64,000 nt of DNA, from NCBI GenBank assembly GCA_964252035.1, contig OZ176200.1. One strand, written 5' to 3'. Origin of the DNA: Podarcis erhardii (lineage: Eukaryota). Within the stretch, counting starts at the first letter, position 1. The number at the start of each line of letters is the position of its first letter. The notes below the pieces were generated by a model. That model did not search any database. It was not told where the DNA came from and saw nothing but the letters and a program-made list of their open reading frames with translations. Below are positions 37,801 to 64,000 of the stretch, one piece after another. A program made the position numbers and the translations under genes.

Positions 37801-38614
37801 ACATGGATTGTTGGACACAAATCCAGTGACTCAAATCAGACTGATTGTAGTGATTAATTATTTCCAGTGACTCAAATCAGACTGATTGTGATGAACTGTT
37901 CTTTCCTTTTAACAAAAGCAGCTGAACTATATGAAGCCTAGCAGCCTAATTAACAGAAGAAAGGGGAAACAGCCAGAAAGAGAAACTCCACACTTGTGCC
38001 TACTGGGTTTTTCTCAGCGTAGCTCTTTATTCTGATTTCTTTGCATCCAGAAGAATGTGTGCATCCTGGCCATTCAATCTGTGTATGAAGAGTCGATGCC
38101 TCGTCCCTGTAAAGATATGGTACGAGGGGAGATTTTGCCCAGTGCTTGGATATTAGAGCCTGACATGGTGAATGGAAAAGATATCACTAAAGTTATCTAC
38201 ATGGTACAGGTAAGTGTCTGTGCAGATCTAGAAACTAGAAGTTTAGCAGGCTTGGGAACCTAATGAAGGATGATTGTGTTCTGGAAGCGGGAAGCTCATG
38301 CATGTAGCAGCTGTTTATCATTTAACACATTTGTTGGAACATGTGAAGGGGGCTTCTACGGATCCAGTTTCTACCTGCCTGACAAATGCAACCTCCTTCA
38401 GCTAGCCTCTCCCATCTCACTGCAGAGGATACAATTTGGCATGTTTCTACAGAAGCGCTTGAAATGGACTCTCAACGCTTACTGACAAAGCTTTCTTTTA
38501 TTGCTGCTCCAGGTTGACCTTGGTGCCCCAGCCATCCCTGCAAGGCTTCTGAGCTCCATTGCCAAGCGACAGCCTTTGGTGATTGCTAGGCTTGGCCACT
38601 TTCTGGCTGGTTAG
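4638..38614 (+). CDS. STARD9: STARD9/KIF16A (kinesin-3 family, FHA + START domain protein), 3' partial gene model, 17 exons
   Basis: Spliced exons give an FHA domain (EGTTKIGR...RDHC...VNG...FRFNHP), coiled coils, a giant low-complexity exon and a START domain (HGFLGAG, QPRDFCC, MVRGEILPSAW). All phases chain; 12,603 nt = 4,201 codons including TAG. Neighbour CDAN1 matches the known synteny. Confidence 0.96.
5070..5128 (+). repeat. 27-bp direct duplication
   Basis: TCTCTACTAATTAGAAAGAACCAGACA at 5070-5096 and 5102-5128. Confidence 0.9.
5437..5717. mobile_element. GC-rich TIR element (hAT-like) nested in an LTR-like repeat
   Basis: CAGCGGTGGAGGAAG / CTTCCTCCGCCCCTG (13 of 15 inverted match); no clean TSD. 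Confidence 0.55.
6461..6598 (+). CDS. STARD9: STARD9 exon (approx. 18), FHA core
   Basis: ttttgcag|TT...CAA G|gtaaat; LQGQCIERDHCIVDNQHGIVTLRPLQGAHCVVNGHEVTGSVRLSQ; 138 nt. Confidence 0.94.
6727..6787. repeat. Imperfect hairpin (remnant of an ancient palindromic repeat)
   Basis: GGCCATGTTTTCTCAGAAGT / ACTTCTGAGAACATGGGCC. Confidence 0.6.
7320..7390 (+). mobile_element. CR1 LINE fragment
   Basis: GCAGGAAAAAGGCAACCAAAGTGATCAAAGGGGATTGGGCATTTTCCTTATGA resembles the CR1 RT 3' region (VQ.RATKMI.GL..L.YE). Confidence 0.5.
7705..7787 (+). CDS. STARD9: STARD9 exon (approx. 19), FHA end
   Basis: tttttag|GA...TCT|gtaagt; ALVILGKAHKFRFNHPAEAALLRQRRS; 83 nt. Confidence 0.94.
8847..8953 (+). CDS. STARD9: STARD9 exon (approx. 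20)
   Basis: ttttatag|ATC...AG|gtatgt; ISESSSVVSCRSLEWLDLDGDFPSLPHSFYPAETE; 107 nt. Confidence 0.88.
11658..11907. mobile_element. hAT MITE, 250 bp
   Basis: Ends CAGGGGTAGGCAAC / GTTGCTGACCCCTG; perfect 8-bp TSD GTTTAGAG. Confidence 0.9.
12600..13060 (+). mobile_element. Degenerate L2 LINE, endonuclease region
   Basis: Frameshifted remnants YSVQHQHRPEG, RDR.GIML...PPCCQ..SLTE, DFMATLAMVGLS*FVISPIHMAG resemble the L2 ORF2 APE domain. Confidence 0.65.
14898..15091 (+). CDS. STARD9: STARD9 exon (approx. 21), coiled coil; start 14898 or 14901
   Basis: ttttcCAGCAG acceptor, A|gtgagt donor; EQRDAVHEECQ...QQYVEKLQQQILDGQIKAEQELEHDQAIINQWIKE. Confidence 0.9.
15991..16231. mobile_element. TcMar (Tigger-like) MITE
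   Basis: TIR CAGTGGAACCTTGGT / ACCAAGGTACCACTG, TA flanks. Confidence 0.82.
16590..17150 (+). mobile_element. LTR-like repeat (solo-LTR candidate)
   Basis: Diverged homolog of 5045-5887; AATAAAGTTGCAGCC at about 17068-17082. Boundaries approximate. Confidence 0.55.
17338..17806 (+). CDS. STARD9: STARD9 exon (approx. 22), coiled coil
   Basis: ttcctag|AC...AG|gtgaat; QQWLIDEKKQL...LRKYSLKKAERHLSRKKVKVHLERIVKKQKLLEAKK...; 469 nt. Confidence 0.92.
18510..18718. mobile_element. Old TIR MITE
   Basis: GGACTGTATTCAA / TTGAATACTGTCC (12 of 13 inverted match), TA on both flanks. Confidence 0.6.
19080..29216 (+). CDS. STARD9: STARD9 giant exon (approx. 23), 10,137 nt
   Basis: ttttacag|T acceptor and AG|gtaaat donor bracket the 3377-aa ORF 19087-29220; phase 2 to 2 fits both neighbours; S/E/N/D-rich sequence with motif islands. 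Confidence 0.96.
29380..29485 (+). mobile_element. L2-type LINE 3' end fragment
   Basis: TGTGAACCACCCTGAGATC...GGGCAGCGTACAAATTTAATAAA; a similar tail lies at about 48380-48480. Confidence 0.5.
29880..30016. mobile_element. Hairpin hAT MITE
   Basis: CAGGCTTCCTCAAACTCAGCC / GGCTGAGTTTGAGGAAACCTT; TSD ACTTAGAA / ACTTAGAG (7 of 8). Confidence 0.8.
30111..30197 (+). repeat. (GATATA)n microsatellite
   Basis: About 14 hexamer units with one interruption. Confidence 0.95.
30625..30822 (+). CDS. STARD9: STARD9 exon (approx. 24)
   Basis: ctatag|G...AG|gtagag; HRKSIEILRKQREEKLQCFRRSRSLSPQK...LPSRRREYLQQLRRDVVENT; 198 nt. Confidence 0.92.
31327..31504 (+). CDS. STARD9: STARD9 exon (approx. 25), coiled coil, GC donor
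   Basis: ccccaag|A...AAG|gcaagt; IQEPKKIQHPSEIELLLRDYQRAREETKMEIARARDKLRERAEQEKRRIREQMHSQLQK; 178 nt. Confidence 0.88.
31778..31828 (+). repeat. (TAA)17 microsatellite
   Basis: 51 nt perfect run. Confidence 0.97.
31778..31935 (-). mobile_element. L2-type LINE 3' end with (TTA)n tail
   Basis: TATTTATACCCTGCCCATCTGGCTGGGTTTCCCCAGCCAC abuts the (TAA)17 run; typical squamate L2 3' terminus. Confidence 0.65.
32820..32966 (+). CDS. STARD9: STARD9 exon (approx. 26)
   Basis: ttacag|GAA...CAG|gtaaaa; EETKLKTLVSTSTLCTDSTLSLSSGPTSGYNSS...KQECQ; 147 nt. Confidence 0.9.
33025..33466 (-). mobile_element. RTE/Bov-B-like LINE, 5'-truncated 3' fragment
   Basis: ORF 33035-33451 (YGSESWTIKKADRQRVDAFELWCWRRLLR...KTLMLGKMEGTRRRGRQRMRWLD...SQTRLND) is the typical RTE ORF C-terminus, followed by a short ACA-repeat tail. 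Confidence 0.92.
33842..33953 (+). CDS. STARD9: STARD9 exon (approx. 27); start 33842 or 33845
   Basis: long T tract then TAGCAG acceptor, G|gtgagg donor; QTSPKEAEHTRDDARGRSSIRNRQLYVLEQLQKGSAI; phase 0 to 1 fits both neighbours. Confidence 0.8.
34335..34585. mobile_element. hAT MITE, same family as 11658-11907
   Basis: Same TIRs and internal sequence; perfect 8-bp TSD GGCTAACT. Confidence 0.9.
35547..35719 (+). CDS. STARD9: STARD9 exon (approx. 28)
   Basis: tttcag|AG...GAG|gtgagt; TFPMTSSSMGRSSIPSP...KGYEDLSKHVLANATAE; 173 nt. Confidence 0.9.
36797..36861 (+). CDS. STARD9: STARD9 exon (approx. 29), START domain start
   Basis: ttcaaag|GTT...AA|gtaagt; VMAVCSNDLRNLYNGQATAGW; 65 nt. Confidence 0.92.
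36956..37164 (+). CDS. STARD9: STARD9 exon (approx. 30), START domain
   Basis: atcag|A...G|gtgagt; YQCVEKDVLVYYKAFSSSATKHGFLGAGTINKPL...KKITSNIEL; 209 nt. Confidence 0.93.
37410..37489 (+). CDS. STARD9: STARD9 exon (approx. 31), START domain
   Basis: ttccag|TG...GAG|gtaact; YVVSDVSLCYQKQPRDFCCISVEAKE; 80 nt. Confidence 0.93.
37822..37889 (+). repeat. 27-bp direct duplication
   Basis: TCCAGTGACTCAAATCAGACTGATTGT at 37822-37848 and 37863-37889. Confidence 0.9.
38051..38209 (+). CDS. STARD9: STARD9 exon (approx. 32), START domain
   Basis: catccag|AAG...CAG|gtaagt; KNVCILAIQSVYEESMPRPCKDMVRGEILPSAWILEP...VIYMVQ; 159 nt. Confidence 0.93.
38513..38614 (+). CDS. STARD9: STARD9 last coding exon (approx. 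33)
   Basis: gctccag|GTT; VDLGAPAIPARLLSSIAKRQPLVIARLGHFLAG*, TAG at 38612-38614. Confidence 0.93.
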   Translation, partial: VDLGAPAIPARLLSSIAKRQPLVIARLGHFLAG

Positions 38615-41600
38615 GTATGTGTGGTAAACATTGTCCACAAACTCAAAATGTAAGATACCAGCAATGCCAGAACTTGTTTTCTAGACAACTCAAAAATGGG
38701 AGGACAAAAGAAATCCTAGGAAAGCTCACTGCACAACACAAAACCACTAAGGAGCACCTGCTTCCGACATGGCAATCGGACACCAAACCTTAATGAAGCA
38801 TCTGTCGTTCAGCTGAGTTTTCCTGTTCAGCTTTTAAAGAAATGCAACTTCAACAGAAACAATGGCCAAGCAAAAAGTGTTCCTTTTGCAAACTACCAAT
38901 ATTGGTAGGCGAAAGCCTGGTTGTAACCACTAGTTTTCAGTTGAAAACTTTCTTCATTCAGACTATTGGAAGACTGCTGATGCTGTAAGCCATGTAAAAA
39001 AACTTGAAACTTAGCGATACATTTATTTTAAAGGAGCACTTCACCACTGAAGCAAAACTACTGTAATGTCCTTTGCAGAGTGCCTGAACAAAAGGGTACT
39101 TGTGAATGAAGAATGCATTGTATTAATCATTGAACAATGTCAGCTTACTGATTGGATAACTCTCCAGTCCTGTCCAGGGGAAGCGAGGATATACCAAGTT
39201 CCAGGCATTCAACAAGAGTGGTTGGTGTGATAGCTCTTGTGGTCACCGTTTGCCCTCAGTCAGAACCATAACTCAGGAAGAGACACACCGTTCTACTACA
39301 GAATCACTGTGCCACAAGCCCAAGGGGTTGAGCCACACCCAACCGACAGCTCAACACAAGAACAGGGACTAGTCTACTGTAGAGTAGCAACTACTCTATA
39401 CTTTTGAATAGAAGCTTCTTCTCTAGTGAAGCCATTAGATTAAGAACTCATCAGATCTCTGTATCAGCAGCAGGTTAAATTATTGTGAAGATAAGCTCAG
39501 AGCAGGGTAAATTCACTAAGATGCTTACCCTACCAAGATGAATTTGATTTTAGGGGTCAGTGGAAGCAAGCCCATGCAGAGCATGTCTGAGGCCTGGGGG
39601 TGGGATAGCATAAAGTGATAAACTCATACAAAAACCAGCAGTCCCTGGTAGGGCTCCCTGGCTGACTTAGCCATCCAAGGACCAGGGCAAGTGTACCTAG
39701 CTGCCTGCCCCCTCTGTACAGGCCTGAGCAAGAGTTTTTCTTGCTCTGCTCCCAGCTCCACCATACTTATCGGTATTCCCCATGATACCTTCCTCTTTAT
39801 TACGTAACTGCACTTTCTGCTGCTCAACGTCTCGTCTGTAGTAACCCATCAAGCCCAATTATATCAAATAAATCACGTTATGATTTGTTCCACTCCAATT
39901 GTTCGTAGTGAAGGAATAGCGTTAGCATTCTCTTTCCCAACTCCCCACTATAGTGTCCAAAAGCATGTTTTCTTCATGTGAAGGTGTAGACAACTTGATT
40001 CAAGTTGTTTCTTAAAATAAGACTCCTAGCAAGCAAGTAGTGCAATGGCATCGTATTATAGCTACTGCATCATTTTCTGCCAGCCTGCTTCTTGTCCATT
40101 AGGAACTTGCTTCTCGAGCAGTTTTCTTAGAACTTTTCACTGCTCGGAACTTGCTTGCAGCATTCCATGTGAGTAACAGGAGATAACCTGACCATGAGCT
40201 TTCTTCCCTTTGCTGCAATACTTCTCTAGCTAATGAAGTGAACCTCTTGTTTCTCACAACGGAAACGAGGCAAAGACTAAGGCTGTTTGCATACATTGTT
40301 GGTATGTGAGCTTAATAAGCTTGATAACTGCTATATAGTAATCCCAAGTAGTTGTGTACCAGCGCCATAGTGTTTCTTTAACTCTTCCTGCTGTGGCAGA
40401 AGTGTGGGGAAGAGGGACACTCCCCTTCCTGCCCCGATTGGTAGACGTGCCTTGTGCTCTGGGATGTTGTTGCCTGGAGTCTGGAGCCTAGCACTCGTGT
40501 GTTTTCAAAAAATGGGGGTGGTACTCTGCTTGAAATTTCAGTAATTTCACAAGTCTCATTTAGCTGCTGGTTGTGTAGAAGAGCTGTTAGCGCCACAACT
40601 GAAGCTGTAGTCCAATGCAGTTACTTCAAGACAATTATGTTGACTCAGATAGGGTTTGCTTCAAAATAAACAGGGATAGGATCGTTAACCCTTCTGTCAG
40701 CATCAATGATGCTATTACAGTTATCAAGAAATCAAAGCACAGAAATTCTATTTGGTAAAAAAAAGTTTGGTGAAATATGCCAAATACGGTATTATGGAAA
40801 TCCTGTGAGGCAATTGAAACTGGAAATGATTTGCAGACTCAAGAACACCAGCTTAGTCTTGCCTATAATTATTATTTGGGGGGGGGGAGGTATTCTGTAA
40901 ATTGCCCACAGTACCAGCAATCACATATTTTAGGAGATATTTCCAATCACTGGCCAAGTATTTGCTACATTAGTTTGTTTCTTTTTAATTTTTTTGGACA
41001 TGGCACTCTGTTAACGAACCAAACAGCTTTAGCAGGAACAACATCTAAGATGGACTCTACTCTCAACACAGATGGTGCCTATTGAAGGATAATGTCTTAT
41101 TGTACAGTGCATCAGATGTTTATTTTTATAATTGCACACAGTTGTTTTTCTATGTTTACAAATTAAGTTATTTATATATGGTTTTATATGCTGAAGCTAA
41201 TTATTATTTTTCCAGGTATTTGATTAATGTATGCTTTTTAGAAATACTTGATACTTCAACAGTACTATTTATATAATAACTGGTTTCTTTTGCAACTATA
41301 ACACTATGGTACCTGTGAATGCCTAGAATGAAAAGATTAATCTTAAAGTGAGGCAAAACTATTTTCTGTGAAATCTTCTATTGAATGTGGGGGGAAATAT
41401 ACTCAGTTACTGTACCATATCTTTAGCCCATATCTGCTTTTAACCAAGATTGCTATTTTCATATCCTCACAATAAAAATAATTTTCTATATATGGAAATG
41501 ACAGAAAAGCTCCATTATTTCCTGGTCTATTTTGACTAGGCTATGCATCAAGAGATGTTGCTAAGCTTGCCCCCCCCCCCCCAATCTCTTTCATCAGTTT

Positions 41601-41927
41601 TCCTTTTTGCCTTGTTCCAGACTTTGTTAATATATCAGGAGCAGCAAAAAACAGGTAATGTAAAAGATAAATGCTGTGAGTCTTGTCTGTCCACCACTAC
41701 ATAAAATGGCAGTTATGGAACTATTGCAACAGCATGTTTAGCTACAGGCACCCTTAATTTATGTTTTCCACAAATCTCTTCCTTGGATCAAAATGAGTAA
41801 CATTCAAGTAGCCTAAATTGAAGATTTTGTTATACAGTGAGCGATACCTTCATCTAGAGAATTCATGAAATTTGCTGAAGTAGTTATACAAAGGATAAAG
41901 AACGAACAAGTGGGCATATACAATAAT

Positions 41928-41933
41928 TTTATT
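41928..41933 (-). terminator. Candidate CDAN1 polyadenylation signal (AATAAA)
   Basis: TTTATT on + strand about 910 nt past the CDAN1 stop. Downstream on the minus strand lies a GU/U-rich tract (CTTGTTCGTTCTTTATCCTTTGT, 41888-41910) at the spacing expected of a downstream element. Confidence 0.5.
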
Positions 41934-42843
41934 AATTACTTTTTAATAAAGTAAAAGACAAGCAGGACTCCTGAAGAAAAAGTATGTGGTGCAAGAATAA
42001 AGGAAGGGGAGAAGAGGGGCTACAGCTCACAGGAAATGTCCGTTTTTATAGGTAAGTCTACAGAGTTATAGAGCACATCCAAGAAAGGATTGTCTTTTAA
42101 AACATGCTGGAATGCCAGAGTTTCCAACTCTGCAGAGCATTCTATCAAAAAGGAAAAATATTTCATTAAATGCTGCCACTTAAAGCTGTTTCTCTAATAA
42201 AAGAAAACCTTCCTTCATTATTTTTTAAAAAACCATATACTGTACTAAAATCTACATTATGAGCAAACACTCATAAAAAACCCACAAGCCAATGCTTGGG
42301 AAATTGTTGTATTTTAAGACATGATTTGACCTTTGAAAAGGAGTAAAGGATTTAAAATTTTTCGAACTTGAGTTCTTGATAAATAGAAGTCTTACATTAC
42401 GAGTTCTGCCCCAAAGGCCACACATGAACATTACCAGAACTGAGAATTCCCTAAGTAAGAATCCTCAGACACCTAGGAGTCTATTACACATCTGTTCAGA
42501 TTCCAGGCTCTTCCAACACTCCAGAACTGGACTCCCATCATCCCTGACAACTGATCATGCTAACTGGGCCTAATGGAAGCTGAAGTCCAACAGCATTTGG
42601 AGGCCCACGGGATCCCCATTGCTGCTCTAGGCCTAAACCCTATATGCTGCCACACACAGAAACATTGACTTGTTCCTGCAATTCCGATTAAGGTGCTTAA
42701 AATGGCTCCTCTTGCAACACTGTGTTCCCCTTGAAACATCTGAGCATTATTTGGAGAAGACCAAGGAGGTCCACAGTAATGCCCAAGTGCAACCAGAGCC
42801 AGGAAGTGATGAACGATTTCAGCAGCTTTTAAGCATCTCTGTG

Positions 42844-63464
<20,621 letters not shown>

Positions 63465-63822
63465 CTGTAAACAAAACAAAACAAAAATTTAAATCATCAG
63501 ACAGAAAGCTGCAAGTAATCCCTGTGGTGGAAGAACTGGTTCTCTGCAATAACTCCCCCCACCCACCCACCCCCAAAAAAAACCACCACAGGCAGATCAG
63601 CCACTTGTCACCAACAGATCACAAAATCCCTACCTTTATTACTTCTCATTCATCTCAAATACCAGAAGAACGTCAAACATCAATTAGGTTGTGTCAATTT
63701 ATCAGCCTGTTTTGGGGAGCAGTATCATAAAATTAAAGACTGTCCCAAACAATAAAATATGTCAAAAGTACATTATTCTTTATTCAAAGTTTAAGCTTAA
63801 CTTGGGGTATTTTTTTTTTGCC

Positions 63823-63840
63823 GTGTGTGTGTGTGTGTGT
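63823..63840 (+). repeat. (GT)9 microsatellite
   Basis: Perfect run. Confidence 0.9.
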
Positions 63841-64000
63841 GCGCACGCATAATCCACATTTTCATGAAGACACTTATAGACATATCTCAAGGGAGGAGCA
63901 GCTTCTTTCTTTCTTTTTTGAAACATTGACATCAAGAATTCCTGGCAGCAAGATCAAATACTGTAGTTTTACTACATTTCTGGATGTAAATTATCCACAG

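Noticed and set aside
5070-37889. Two 27-bp direct duplications as possible CRISPR-like repeats
   Set aside because: Each has only two copies, they are unrelated to each other, there are no spacers or cas genes, and the DNA is vertebrate; they are local slippage duplications.

Overview
Vertebrate nuclear DNA, almost certainly from a squamate and probably a lacertid lizard (inferred from Sauria SINEs, RTE/Bov-B, L2 and hAT/TcMar MITE content). The window holds two convergent, intron-containing genes in the same tail-to-tail arrangement as human. On the + strand is the 3' part of STARD9 (KIF16A): 17 coding exons from the FHA domain, through one 10,137-nt giant exon, to the C-terminal START domain and stop (12,603 nt, 4,200 aa in window; kinesin motor exons lie upstream). 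On the - strand is the 3' part of CDAN1 (codanin-1): 23 coding exons, 2,636 nt, stop at 42844; its first exons lie beyond 64000. I walked every exon by hand and all splice phases chain in frame. Introns carry many MITEs, SINEs, LINE fragments, two LTR-like copies and microsatellites. No rRNA, tRNA gene, CRISPR array or intact transposase was seen, and I see no evidence of a wholly new biological system. The best leads are a cluster of LC8-type QT motifs and other short-motif islands in the STARD9 giant exon, several atypical splice signals (GC donor, GAG acceptor, donor abutting the stop codon), a bidirectional poly(A) signal cluster, inverted LTR-like copies around a frame-symmetric exon block, MITE-borne ETS/NRF1 motifs, and a perfect 43-bp intronic hairpin. 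Comparisons with human proteins and exon numbers are from memory, not from a database search.
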